Positions 18,659 to 28,441 are shown, counted from the stretch's first letter. The stretch: 64,000 bases of DNA from Bacillota bacterium (GCA_023435305.1 JAEYRV010000053.1:64762-128761); one strand, 5' to 3'. Notes: generated from the sequence alone by a model not told the origin. A program made the numbers and translations.

Positions 18659-19417
18659 TTGAGAAATAATTTGGAGGCGTATAGAGCATGGGCACCCGAT
18701 GATGCATTGTGGACACAGTGGGCTAAGCCTGTTTTGTTTATGCGATCAGCGGAAGTAAGCTTTAAGGGACTGGAAATACCCGAAGCTGGCTGGGTGCAGA
18801 GCCTGGATAATCAAGCGATGCTTATTGTTGATCTCCCAGGGCAGAAAGGAGTCATCGAAAGCCTGGCGCTGGCACGCATGGGCTATCGGCCTGTCCCGCT
18901 TTATAATGGCGTGGACGGACGCGCTTCATCAATGCTCGTTGAGGTTGGTGAAATAGCAAAAGCCCTGTTTTGCGGTGCGGACATGCTGGCCGCATATGAT
19001 ATCAGCCAGGAGGCTCCTCCTGTGTTCATGCTTGATTCAAACAGGATGAATGGAAGAGGAAAGCAGCCTGGGACATACGACAACCGGTGGTGCGTTTTTC
19101 CTCAGGACATGCCGTCAGCCGCGTTTTTGCAGAACGCGGGGATTCACAGGGTAATTGTGTGTTCAGCCGGGATACAGAACGATTTGTCGCATATATTGCA
19201 TCGCTACCAGAAAGAAGGCATTGAAATCTGCCTATGTACCGGTGCCGGCAGAGAAATCGAGAAGATCTCGGTAGTCAGGCCCTCCAGCTTCAAAAGCCTG
19301 TCTTACCGCTTCGGTGTGATCGCGGGCCTGACCAGGAACGCCGCCGGCGGCTTCGGAGGCAGTATACCCGAGCCCACGCAGAGAAGCTCCAGCGGAAGAT
19401 ATTACGGGTTCGGATAA
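18659..19417 (+). CDS. Hypothetical protein (third gene of the membrane protein/ATP-grasp operon)
   Basis: 252 aa with a TTG start 8 nt after AAGGAGG. I recognise no family. It has a Gly/Ser-rich tail ending ...SSSGRYYGFG. Confidence 0.6.
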   Translation: MRNNLEAYRAWAPDDALWTQWAKPVLFMRSAEVSFKGLEIPEAGWVQSLDNQAMLIVDLPGQKGVIESLALARMGYRPVPLYNGVDGRASSMLVEVGEIAKALFCGADMLAAYDISQEAPPVFMLDSNRMNGRGKQPGTYDNRWCVFPQDMPSAAFLQNAGIHRVIVCSAGIQNDLSHILHRYQKEGIEICLCTGAGREIEKISVVRPSSFKSLSYRFGVIAGLTRNAAGGFGGSIPEPTQRSSSGRYYGFG

Positions 19418-19612
19418 AAATGGTGCCCTCCGGCCACCATTTGAATATGCAGTGTTATAATGTTTATTATCCATTTGAGGATTGATTTTTAACGCTTTTT
19501 TACTTTTGTCTCAATTTCATTGAAATAATGCCGGATTTACAGTATTATTTTCACATGTAGCCTTAAGGAAACACCCAATTATCTCTTTAGTATTCATATA
19601 AAAACATTATCA

Positions 19613-20941
19613 ATGCCAAACAAAAGAATGGTTGTACCAGCTTACCCAAAAACACCAGAATTTATTGTCGAAAGGATGCGTCGAATGGATAGTAACACTA
19701 TAACTGCACCAAAATTTAATCGTTGGATACCTGTTGCTGCAAGTTTAGCAATCCAGCTATGCCTGGGTACTGCATACATATGGAGTGTATTCCAGTCATA
19801 CCTCATTATTGGTCCGTCAACTCCAAACGCTTTGTTCAACTGGCCTGCATCGCATGGTACATTAGCATATTCACTGCTGCTGGGAGTATTGACAGTGGGA
19901 AGTACTATCGGTGGGAAATTGCAGGAGAGATTAAAACCAAGGCCGGTAATTATCGCAGCCGGAATTATACTGGGATTGGGTTTCTTTTTAGCAAGGTTCA
20001 CTACTGAATCGACACCCTGGGTGCTTTGGCTGACTTATGGTGTATTAGGCGGTTTTGGTATGGGAATGTCATATACGACTACGATAGCCAACAGTCAGAA
20101 GTGGTTCCCGGATAAAAGAGGACTCGTGACCGGAATTATCGTTTCAGCCCTTGGATTTGGCGGACTCGTTTTTACACCTGTTGCCGAAGCTTTGATAAAC
20201 GCATATGGTGTGCTTAATACTTTTTCCATACTGGGTGTTGTGTTTTTTGTCGTAAATATAGCTGGAGCATTTTTCATAATTGCTCCACCGGAAGGCTACA
20301 AACCAAAAGGGTGGACACCTCCGGCTCCAAAGGACGGAATAATCGCACAAAGCTTTACGCCTTCGGAAGCCTTGAAAACACCACAGTTTTATATGGTGAC
20401 ACTCGCATTCATGTGTGCAACGGCTGCAGGATCAATGATGATACCTATGGCAAAGATCCTCGGTCTGCAGCCGGACAGCGGTTTGACAAAAGAAGCTGCT
20501 GTTGTCGGAGTTATGATCATCACCGGCTTCAACTCCTTCGGGCGTCTTTTCTGGGCGGGTATTTCGGATAGACTGGGAAGAAAGAAAGTACTGCTGATAC
20601 TTCTCGTTATCGCGGCCCTCTCAATAGTAGGAGTTTCTTTCACCAAGGCATATTTGATGCTTGCCTTTATCGCAGTAATAGGATTTTCATATGGCGGCTT
20701 CCTTGGAGTCTTCCCGGCATTGACCGCCGACTTCTGGGGAACGAAAAGTGTTGCTATGACTTATGGCATGATCCTTCTTGGATTCGGTGCAGGAGCAGTA
20801 GCTTCATCATATATAGTTGCATACTTCAGCGCAGCCAAAGCATTCACGACAGCATTTGTAATAGCTGGAGTCGCAGCAGTCGTAGGCTTTGTAATAATTG
20901 CGCTGCTGAAGGCTCCAAAACTCAAAGCTGAAAAAATGTAA
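19613..20941 (+). CDS. MFS transporter, oxalate/formate antiporter (OFA)-like family
   Basis: 442 aa with about 12 TM segments. FNRWIPVAASLAIQLCLGTAYIWSVF is typical of the OFA N-terminus. The true start may be one of the internal Met codons (MRRMDS). Confidence 0.8.
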   Translation: MPNKRMVVPAYPKTPEFIVERMRRMDSNTITAPKFNRWIPVAASLAIQLCLGTAYIWSVFQSYLIIGPSTPNALFNWPASHGTLAYSLLLGVLTVGSTIGGKLQERLKPRPVIIAAGIILGLGFFLARFTTESTPWVLWLTYGVLGGFGMGMSYTTTIANSQKWFPDKRGLVTGIIVSALGFGGLVFTPVAEALINAYGVLNTFSILGVVFFVVNIAGAFFIIAPPEGYKPKGWTPPAPKDGIIAQSFTPSEALKTPQFYMVTLAFMCATAAGSMMIPMAKILGLQPDSGLTKEAAVVGVMIITGFNSFGRLFWAGISDRLGRKKVLLILLVIAALSIVGVSFTKAYLMLAFIAVIGFSYGGFLGVFPALTADFWGTKSVAMTYGMILLGFGAGAVASSYIVAYFSAAKAFTTAFVIAGVAAVVGFVIIALLKAPKLKAEKM

Positions 20942-20974
20942 TTGCAATTTTTATATACTTCTATCATAATTAAA

Positions 20975-21020
20975 AAGCAGATAGCTGTTTAACAAGAATG
21001 GCTGTCTGCTTTCTTTATTT
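20975..21020 (+). terminator. Rho-independent terminator
   Basis: AAGCAGATAGC, a loop, GCTGTCTGCTT, then a T-rich tail. Confidence 0.7.
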
Positions 21021-21110
21021 CGTGGTGATCAGAGATCCGCCAGATGGGGTTACGATATTTTCATGAAGGCGATTTCAGAGCCCGGTCGGGTAAGGCAAAA
21101 ATAAATAAGC

Positions 21111-21941
21111 ATGGAGAAAGATTTGAGCAACATGGAAACGGAATTCATAAAGGGCAATATGTCGCAAGTACATAGAGATGGTAATGTTGTGCAAAGAGAT
21201 TTGAAACCTCAAAGCAAAACAATACACAGGCTGATGCGGCATCTTGAGGGCAAGGGTATAGTGTTTGTTCCGCGTTTTCTGGGCCTGAATGGTGAAAATA
21301 TGGAGATGCTGAGTTTTGTTGAAGGTACAACATTGGACGACTACCCTCCGGCCAGTGATATTCAAACCAGGCTGAAAATAGCCCGGGCAGCTGCTGAAAT
21401 GCTAAGGGAATACCATGATGCAACAATCGATTTTGTAAGGCAGCCGGAGGATATCTGGTTTTTGGAGTACCAAGGCGGTTTGGATAAAGAAGTCATATGT
21501 CATAATGATTTTGCACCTTATAATGTAACATTTAATAATAATATGCCTGTGGGCATGATCGATTTTGATACTGCATGTCCCGCGCCCAGGATCTGGGATG
21601 TTGCATATGCAGTATATCGTTTTGTACCACTGGGTGCAGAAACATTCGATCTGGAAAAAAATCGGTACCGGGGATATGATAAAGCGTTGGACTGCGCAGA
21701 AAGAAAGCTTTTACTCAGGGCATTCATTGATGCATATCAAGGCATGGATGCTAATCCGAAGCTGGAAGTTTCAGATGTATTGGACAATGTAGTATTGCGG
21801 CTGCAGGCTTTAGTCAGGCTTTTTGACGAGGAATGCCGAAAGGGAAATCCGGCCTTTGTCAAAATGAAGGAGGAAGGACATCAGCAGCTTTATATCAACG
21901 AAATTGAATTCATTAAGGATAATATGCAGGAATGGAAATGA
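21111..21941 (+). CDS. Phosphotransferase (APH/choline kinase-like) family protein
   Basis: 276 aa with the Brenner motif VICHNDFAPYN and the metal-binding MIDFD. Confidence 0.8.
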   Translation: MEKDLSNMETEFIKGNMSQVHRDGNVVQRDLKPQSKTIHRLMRHLEGKGIVFVPRFLGLNGENMEMLSFVEGTTLDDYPPASDIQTRLKIARAAAEMLREYHDATIDFVRQPEDIWFLEYQGGLDKEVICHNDFAPYNVTFNNNMPVGMIDFDTACPAPRIWDVAYAVYRFVPLGAETFDLEKNRYRGYDKALDCAERKLLLRAFIDAYQGMDANPKLEVSDVLDNVVLRLQALVRLFDEECRKGNPAFVKMKEEGHQQLYINEIEFIKDNMQEWK

Positions 21942-21946
21942 AACTT

Positions 21947-22006
21947 GGGGGTCAGGCTTGAGTAATTCCTTTATTTGAATAAAGGAATTACTCAAGCCTG
22001 ACCCCC
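21947..22006. repeat. Perfect 60-bp palindrome of the GGGGTCAGGCTTG element family
   Basis: GGGGGTCAGGCTTGAGTAATTCCTTTATT-tg-AATAAAGGAATTACTCAAGCCTGACCCCC, with 29 bp arms. Confidence 0.95.
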
Positions 22007-22031
22007 ATCGAGGCCTCACCCAAAAAGGTGA

Positions 22032-22571
22032 GAACCCTTTGGTGACGGCTCGCCTGCGGAGCGTATTTCGGGCGGAGGTGAATCCAGGGTTTCCCACACC
22101 TATGAGAAGGCCGGTGAATATTCTGCCAAGGTGATGTTGTATGACAAAAAGGGCAAGGCGCTCTCCTTCGACAGCGTAGGCATCATACTTGAAGAAAAAG
22201 AGACGGAATCACCTGTGGTGAACGGCAGCGAGAATGTGCCGGAGCAGCCCGGCGTGACGCAGGATGGAGAGAAACAGCCCGAACCCGGCGAATACGCATG
22301 GGTACTGGTGGAAACTGTGACCTATGATGCCAAAGAGCAAATATTCAATTTCTCCACACTGTCAGGAAGAAAGCAGATTACATGCTTTGAGCCAAAGGCT
22401 CGGCGCAAAACTTCCTCCGCTGCCGGTCATTATGCCTACAGAAGCTACGAATCTGACTGCCTCGGCTGTATAACCGGAAATGTCCTTCTCGTCTCTGGAG
22501 TATCTGGGCGAAATCCAATTTGGTATCTGCAGTCTATTCCCGTTAATACAAGAACGCAGGGACATGAGTAA
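22032..22571 (+). pseudogene. 3' remnant of a PKD-domain surface protein gene (no start or N-terminus)
   Basis: The frame is open from 22032 and reads ...FGDGSPAERISGGGESRVSHTYEKAGEYSAKVMLYDKKGKA..., which is the classic PKD signature (FGDGS...HTY..G.Y.V.L.V.D). There is no signal peptide, RBS or plausible start. It begins 26 bp after the palindrome. Confidence 0.55.
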
Positions 22572-22592
22572 ATCAAGCGTCCCTGCGTTTTA
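22553..22592 (+). terminator. Rho-independent terminator
   Basis: AACGCAGGGAC, a loop containing the stop codon, GTCCCTGCGTT, then TTATT. Confidence 0.7.
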
Positions 22593-22739
22593 TTATATGA
22601 GTGTTAACAAATCAAAAATTTACAAAAATAATATAAAAAAGTATAATCAATATGTGATTTACATGAAAACTATCAGTGTTGGTAACAGCTTGTGCCATAA
22701 CTAAGACTTGAGGCAGTTTACCAATGGAATCGGGGGCGA

Positions 22740-23474
22740 ATGTTGATATACAGATTAATATTTTTTCTATTAACAGTAATAGTAATGATTGTTTTTATTA
22801 TATTAGGGGTTCACCCATTTTTAGCTGCTGTGATTACATTGCCATTCATTTTGGCTATATATATCGTTATAGGTATCGTGCGGACCAAATATCGTGTGGG
22901 TCTTCTGGATGATAGCTGTGACCCTGAGGCATTTCTTGAAAGAACAGATATGCAGATGAATATAACTGGAAGAAATCCTAAGATATACAATATTCTTCTT
23001 ATTGATAAAGCAGCAGGACTAATGACATTGGGCAGATTTCATGAAGCAAAGGAAATACTTTTCTCTATCGATAAACGATTTTTTACACCCCACAATGGTT
23101 TTCTTCTTGTATATACAATTAATTTGATTTACTGCTTTTATGAATTAGGAGAAATCGACCGTGCTGAAGAACTGTTTGAAACCGAGATGGCTGTTCTGCC
23201 GCCAATAAGCCCAAGAGCAAGGCTTGCGGTAAAAATGCTTGTAGCTGAGAGGTTCTTCTATTTGAAGCGGTATGGTGAAAGCCGGGAGCAGTTCAGCAAA
23301 TTACTTGATCAAAAGTTAAGCAAGCGTATGCGCATGAGTATACTTTTCTATTTGGCTCAGATGGATGAAATGGAAGGCAATAGTGAGTCTGCTATGCTGA
23401 AGTATAGTGAAGTCGCAAGAAAAGGGAACAAGCTTTGGATTGCAGTACAGTCAGGTACCAGACATATTCATTAG
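22740..23474 (+). CDS. Hypothetical membrane protein with a TPR-like helical C-terminal part
   Basis: 244 aa. It has two N-terminal TM helices followed by helical repeats (…LMTLGRFHEAKEIL…YELGEIDRAEELF…). Confidence 0.65.
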   Translation: MLIYRLIFFLLTVIVMIVFIILGVHPFLAAVITLPFILAIYIVIGIVRTKYRVGLLDDSCDPEAFLERTDMQMNITGRNPKIYNILLIDKAAGLMTLGRFHEAKEILFSIDKRFFTPHNGFLLVYTINLIYCFYELGEIDRAEELFETEMAVLPPISPRARLAVKMLVAERFFYLKRYGESREQFSKLLDQKLSKRMRMSILFYLAQMDEMEGNSESAMLKYSEVARKGNKLWIAVQSGTRHIH

Positions 23475-23480
23475 CCTCAT

Positions 23481-24449
23481 ATGAAATGGAGATATTTCAG
23501 CAAAGACATCCAAACTTGGCAACTTTCCTCTGTCATTCACGTCTATTATTCATATGAAAAATGTGTTAGGGACGATTATAAGATGTTTTATCCAAACCAA
23601 ATACAAAGGTTAAATAGAATCGACAAATTCAGCCTTCAGCCGAAAAAACGCAGTAAATTCAGAGCAATAGCCGGAAAGGGCTACTATAAGCTTTTACGCT
23701 ATATGCTTTGGTATACCGGTCATATCAGATATGCTCATAATAGAAGCTTGCAGTATTTACAGTATACTTATTTTGCACACAAAACACCTTTACTACGCAA
23801 ATTACGAGACGTAGACATGCAGTATCAATATAACAAGATCATTAACTTGAAGCTGGCTGTTAAGAAGCTTGATGGGATCATATTATTGCCGGGCGAAACC
23901 TTTAGTTACTGGCGGCTGATCGGCAAGCCTTCCGCTGGAAAAGGATATGTACCGGGTATGGTACTGCACTGCGGCGAATTCAGGATGGGAATCGGCGGAG
24001 GCTTATGCCAGCTCTCCAATCTGATTTATTGGATGTCTCTGCATACGCCATTGACCGTTGTTGAGCGCTATCGCCATTCATATGATGTTTTTCCCGACTC
24101 GAACCGCACGCAGCCCTTTGGAACAGGGGCTACATGTGTGTATCCATACAGGGATCTGATGATAAGGAATGATACGGATGCGAATTTTCAGCTTCAGCTC
24201 AGGGTGGGAGAGGAGTTTTTGGAGGGTAGTTGGCTGTCCGATCGTATACCGGAGCATAGATATGAAATAATTGAAAAAAACCATCATTTCAAGCCTGAGT
24301 ATTGGGGCGGGTTCAGCAGACATAACGAAATCTGGCAGAGTAACTATACCATCGATGGCAGCTTTATAAGTGAAGAGTTTATTACCGAAAATCATGCTTT
24401 GATGATGTATTCTCCATTCCTGCCCCCATCCAGCCAGACCTGTATGTAA
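23481..24449 (+). CDS. VanW family protein
   Basis: 322 aa. …LLPGETFSYWRLIGKPSAGKGY…GGGLCQLSNLIYW… matches the VanW domain signature. An alternative start is at 23583. Confidence 0.8.
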   Translation: MKWRYFSKDIQTWQLSSVIHVYYSYEKCVRDDYKMFYPNQIQRLNRIDKFSLQPKKRSKFRAIAGKGYYKLLRYMLWYTGHIRYAHNRSLQYLQYTYFAHKTPLLRKLRDVDMQYQYNKIINLKLAVKKLDGIILLPGETFSYWRLIGKPSAGKGYVPGMVLHCGEFRMGIGGGLCQLSNLIYWMSLHTPLTVVERYRHSYDVFPDSNRTQPFGTGATCVYPYRDLMIRNDTDANFQLQLRVGEEFLEGSWLSDRIPEHRYEIIEKNHHFKPEYWGGFSRHNEIWQSNYTIDGSFISEEFITENHALMMYSPFLPPSSQTCM

Positions 24450-24490
24450 AGTGTGTCTGCGGAGTAAAACGATTCGGTTTAAATACTGCC

Positions 24491-24555
24491 TGTGATGCGG
24501 TGGTTCTATCGCTGACTGCGATGCAGTGGTTCTATGTGGATTGCGATGCAACCGA
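24491..24555. repeat. Short tandem repeat (TGCGATGCAGTGGTTCTAT-like unit, about 2.5 copies)
   Basis: TGTGATGCGGTGGTTCTATCGCTGAC, TGCGATGCAGTGGTTCTATGTGGAT, TGCGATGCAACCGAC. Confidence 0.6.
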
Positions 24556-24706
24556 CTAGTCATGCTAAGGTTAATCTACTTGTTGCAGTACAGTCCGGAA
24601 AATCAAAGGCTCCAGGCACGACACTCCAAGCAGGGCACTTCAGGCACGACACTTATCGAAGCATAAATGTACAGTAAGTGCCTAAGTATCGTGCCTGATA
24701 CCGTTG

Positions 24707-25450
24707 CTATTCCCACTTGAAAAACTTAATTGCAATAAACGAGCATACGACTGCAATCGCTGCCATAACAATCACGGGCAGCAGGACATTGTCCAGCGGC
24801 AGGCCGAGTGTTGCTGCTTTTAGTATCTTGTTGCCCTGTGTCAGCGGCAGCAAATCGACTGCCTTTTGCATAGCTGCCGGCATTACTTCATATGGCAGTG
24901 TTCCGCCGGAAAATATCAGCATTGGGAAATACAGCACACTTGCCAGGATCCCTGCGATTTTTGAGTTTTTAGCCAGACCGCCCACCATCATACCGATACT
25001 GAACATTGACACCATTACCAGAAGCCATCCGAGAAGGAACTGCAGAACACTGCCCTGTATTTTGGCTCCGAAAATAAGTATTGCTGCAGCAAATACTATA
25101 ATCAGTGAAGCCAATGCATAAAGAGCGTAAATTGATACCTGTACCAGTAAGATTATTACTGGGCTGGCGGGGGTGACTTTGAATCTTTTCAGGATATACT
25201 TGCTTCTGTAGTCTGAGATTACAAGGGGCAATCCCATTACGCCGCCTGCACAGATCGCTATGGTGGCAACTGCTCCCAGGGACTGTTCGAGAAATGTGTA
25301 ATTGGCACCGTCAAATGCTGGTTTACTGCCGTAAATCACTCCGAGCACTATAAGTACTATGAAAGGCATGATTATCGCGAAAATCAGCATATTCATGTCC
25401 CGCAGTGAAAGTTTGAGTTCTGTTTTCAGCATTGTTCTATAAGCTTTCAT
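24707..25450 (-). CDS. ABC-2 type transporter permease
   Basis: I start it at MKAYRTMLKTELKLSLRD, overlapping the ATPase stop by 14 nt. It has 6 TM segments typical of ABC-2 permeases. Confidence 0.85.
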   Translation of the reverse strand: MKAYRTMLKTELKLSLRDMNMLIFAIIMPFIVLIVLGVIYGSKPAFDGANYTFLEQSLGAVATIAICAGGVMGLPLVISDYRSKYILKRFKVTPASPVIILLVQVSIYALYALASLIIVFAAAILIFGAKIQGSVLQFLLGWLLVMVSMFSIGMMVGGLAKNSKIAGILASVLYFPMLIFSGGTLPYEVMPAAMQKAVDLLPLTQGNKILKAATLGLPLDNVLLPVIVMAAIAVVCSFIAIKFFKWE

Positions 25451-26171
25451 CTTGCATAACCTCCTCATCCGTAAACCAAAGATAGGCATCTTCCAGCTTC
25501 TCGTATGGACTTGCTGCAATAGCCTCGGCAACTGTTCCATAAAAGACTGTTTTTCCTTTTTTCAAAATGCAGATCGAATCGCAAAGGGTCTCGACCTCAT
25601 CCATAAAGTGCGATGTCAGGAGAATTGAAAGACCTTTACTCTTGAGGCTGCACAGCGTTTTCCATACATCACGCCTGGCCCTTGCATCCAGTCCTGTAGT
25701 CAGTTCATCCAGAAATACGAGCCTTGGATTTGGTATAAGCGCCAGAACAATAAAAAGACGCTGCTTTTGTCCGCCGGAAAGCTCCTTCACCAGTGATTTT
25801 GCTTTGTCTGCGATCCCAAACTCTGAGAGCAGATCGTTGTAATCTGCAGGATTCCTATACAGAGAAGCAGTCACTTCGCATAGTTCGCATACTCTGATAT
25901 TATCCTGGTAATTCGGTTCCTGAAACTGTACCCCGACTTGCTCAAACAGCTCCTTGCGGTTTGCTTTTGGGTCGAGTCCCAATACTGATACTGTGCCGCC
26001 ATCCAGCTTTCTGGTGCCTAAAATGCACTCTATGGCAGTGGTCTTTCCGGCGCCATTGGCTCCAAGCAAGCCAAAGACTGAGCCTTTTTTTAGTGTGAAG
26101 CTCAGGACGTTAACTGCAATCATATTGCCGTAAGCTTTTGTCAGGTGATCCAGATTTATCACATCATCCAC
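25437..26171 (-). CDS. ABC transporter ATP-binding protein
   Basis: Walker A GANGAGKTT, signature LSGGQKQRL, and Walker B LVFLDELTTGLD. Confidence 0.92.
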   Translation of the reverse strand: MDDVINLDHLTKAYGNMIAVNVLSFTLKKGSVFGLLGANGAGKTTAIECILGTRKLDGGTVSVLGLDPKANRKELFEQVGVQFQEPNYQDNIRVCELCEVTASLYRNPADYNDLLSEFGIADKAKSLVKELSGGQKQRLFIVLALIPNPRLVFLDELTTGLDARARRDVWKTLCSLKSKGLSILLTSHFMDEVETLCDSICILKKGKTVFYGTVAEAIAASPYEKLEDAYLWFTDEEVMQDESL

Positions 26172-26325
26172 GTGTGTTTACCTCCTACCTTTCTCTGATA
26201 CAAAAGAATAGCACCTAAGATAAACCTGGTGTTATAGTGGAGGGTTTGAAATATTATTTTATTGCATTTTATTGTATAATGTAGAAGTAAGTCTGGTGCC
26301 AGGCACCTTAATTAAGGAGGAAGCT

Positions 26326-28293
26326 ATGGGTGTGATAAGTGTAAAGGGAAACAGCGTCATATTTCAAAAGAGGGATGAAACAGCTGTGATCGTGCCATGG
26401 GGGAAGGACAGCCTGCGTTTCAGATCTACTCCCAACTCCCAGATAACAAGTGAAAACTGGAATCTTCTTGACCAGCCGGAAGCTGAGTGCTGCATTCAGG
26501 CAGATGCTGAAAAGGCAACTATAGTAAATGGCAAAATATCTGCTGAAATATATAGAAGCGGGAAGGTCATCTATTACAAAAACGGGAAGGAAATCATCAC
26601 AGAACGCTCGGAAATGGCATTCAACAGCAGATACAGGGAATATCTGTCCCGAGGAGCCGATAATCACCGGGCAACGGTGATTTTTGAGCCAAATGCTGAT
26701 GAGCATTTCTATGGGCTGGGACAGGAGCAGAATGACTGCTTTGACCTGAAAGGCTCAACAAGCCAGCTTTTGCATAAGAACACAAAAACCTCGATACCCT
26801 TCGTATATTCCTCCAGAGGCTACGGCTTCCTTTGGAACAATCCATCCGTCGGACGTTGTGATCTGACAGCAAATCACACGCTGTGGGAGGCAAACTCCAC
26901 TAAGCAGGTGGATTATGTAGTTATCGCGGGAGATACACCGGCAGAGGTGATGTCAAAGTATGCCGATCTCACAGGTCATTCGCCAAAATTCCCGGCATGG
27001 GCTTCAGGCTTCTGGCAGTGCAAATTGAGATATGAAACACAGGATGAGCTTCTTAAGGTGGCAAGAGAGTATAAAAAACGGGGAATACCGATATCGGTTA
27101 TAATAATTGACTTCTTCCACTGGACAGAACAGGGAGATCTGAAGCTGGATCCGGTGTATTGGCCTGACCCGAAAAAAATGTGCGAGGAACTGGCTGAGAT
27201 GGGTATCAGGGTCATCGCATCAGTGTGGCCGACTATAAACCCAAAGAGCGAAAACTATGCATATATGGATGAACGGAATATGCTTGTAAGGACAGAAAGG
27301 GGCCAGTACGGCATATTCGATTTCCATAACCTCCAGACATATTTTGACCCCATGAATCCAGAAACCAGGGAATATGTATGGTCTAAAGTCCATGAGAACT
27401 ATTACAGTAATGGCATAAAGGCCTACTGGCTGGATCAGGCAGAACCGGATTTTGTGCCGAACCAATACGATAATCTGCGCCTTTATATGGGCAACGGAGA
27501 AGAAGTCGCACTGCTGTATCCGTATTACTATTCGAAGCTTTTCTATGAAGGACTGAAAAGCGCCGGCGAAAGCGATATTATATCTCTGACGCGGTCTGCC
27601 TGGATCGGTAACCAGAAATACGCCACACTCGTGTGGTCGGGAGATATCCCATCCACCTTCGAAGCCCTCCGTATGAGTGTAAAGACCGGGCTGAACATGG
27701 CCATGTGCGGGATACCATGGTGGAACAGTGATATAGGCGGCTTCTGGGGCGGCGATACAGAGAGTGATTACTTCCGTGAACTGATCGTGCGGTGGTTCCA
27801 GTTCGGCGTATTCTGTCCGGTCACAAGACTGCACGGGGACAGAAAAAGAACAAAGGATCAGCCGGAGCCGGCACCGGGAATCAAGCAGCCAAGCGGTGGA
27901 GACAATGAGATATGGAGCTTCGGAGAAAGGGCATATCCCATATTGAAGAATTTGATCGATCTGAGAGAGAGGCTTCGCCCATATATCCATAAGCACATGG
28001 AAGCTGCCAGCGAAACAGGGGCACCATTGATGCGGCCGATGTTCTATGAATATCCGGAGGATGAAGTCTGCTATACTCTGGGAGATCAATATATGTTTGG
28101 CAGTGATATACTCTTTGCCCCCATCGTTACTCAGGGCCAGACAGAACGCAAGGTGTATCTGCCGGCGGGAACCTGGGTCGATGTCAATGACGGGCAGGAG
28201 TATGAAGGCGGCAGATATGTAAATGCCCATGCTGAACTTGAAAGGTTCATTGCTTATGTTAGGAAAGGTGCGGAAGTCCTTTCGGCATTTTGA
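26326..28293 (+). CDS. Glycoside hydrolase family 31 (alpha-xylosidase/alpha-glucosidase-like)
   Basis: The ATG at 26326 follows AAGGAGG. Motifs are GIKAYWLDQAEPD (nucleophile region, compare WxDMNEP), WSGDIPSTFEAL (acid/base region) and WWNSDIGGF. Confidence 0.85.
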   Translation: MGVISVKGNSVIFQKRDETAVIVPWGKDSLRFRSTPNSQITSENWNLLDQPEAECCIQADAEKATIVNGKISAEIYRSGKVIYYKNGKEIITERSEMAFNSRYREYLSRGADNHRATVIFEPNADEHFYGLGQEQNDCFDLKGSTSQLLHKNTKTSIPFVYSSRGYGFLWNNPSVGRCDLTANHTLWEANSTKQVDYVVIAGDTPAEVMSKYADLTGHSPKFPAWASGFWQCKLRYETQDELLKVAREYKKRGIPISVIIIDFFHWTEQGDLKLDPVYWPDPKKMCEELAEMGIRVIASVWPTINPKSENYAYMDERNMLVRTERGQYGIFDFHNLQTYFDPMNPETREYVWSKVHENYYSNGIKAYWLDQAEPDFVPNQYDNLRLYMGNGEEVALLYPYYYSKLFYEGLKSAGESDIISLTRSAWIGNQKYATLVWSGDIPSTFEALRMSVKTGLNMAMCGIPWWNSDIGGFWGGDTESDYFRELIVRWFQFGVFCPVTRLHGDRKRTKDQPEPAPGIKQPSGGDNEIWSFGERAYPILKNLIDLRERLRPYIHKHMEAASETGAPLMRPMFYEYPEDEVCYTLGDQYMFGSDILFAPIVTQGQTERKVYLPAGTWVDVNDGQEYEGGRYVNAHAELERFIAYVRKGAEVLSAF

Positions 28294-28412
28294 TCAATGA
28301 GTGAGCCCGGCACCTTCAATTGATGTAAAGCTTCTGCTGATAAATAAAGTTACCTGACAACAGCTGTGTATGCCAAGTAAAGAAAAAGCATACATCATGG
28401 TCTTCAATATCT

Positions 28413-28441
28413 AAACCACACTCTGAGCAGTGTGGTTTTTG
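28413..28441 (+). terminator. Rho-independent terminator
   Basis: AAACCACACT-ctgagc-AGTGTGGTTT, then TT. Confidence 0.7.

Noticed and set aside
21111-21941. Treating the APH-like kinase as an aminoglycoside resistance gene.
   Set aside because: Only the generic kinase motifs (HNDxxxxN, DFD) are visible. The family includes many small-molecule kinases, and the substrate cannot be inferred.
22131-22571. The ORF-track call of a 146-aa protein starting at GTG 22131.
   Set aside because: The frame is open further upstream (from 22032) and reads as the middle of a PKD domain with no start context. It is better explained as a gene remnant, and I list it as a pseudogene.
23481-24449. Treating the VanW gene as part of a vancomycin-resistance cluster.
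   Set aside because: No vanH/A/B/X/R/S-like genes are nearby. VanW-domain proteins are widespread outside van operons.
27220-28230. A long 336-aa antisense ORF inside the GH31 gene. Similar antisense ORFs lie at 11228..11719 inside the 10464..11804 gene, and at 51406..51918 and 51173..51673 inside the MCP gene.
   Set aside because: They lie entirely opposite well-supported genes with clear family motifs, have no RBS, and have low-complexity or odd composition. They are typical shadow ORFs.
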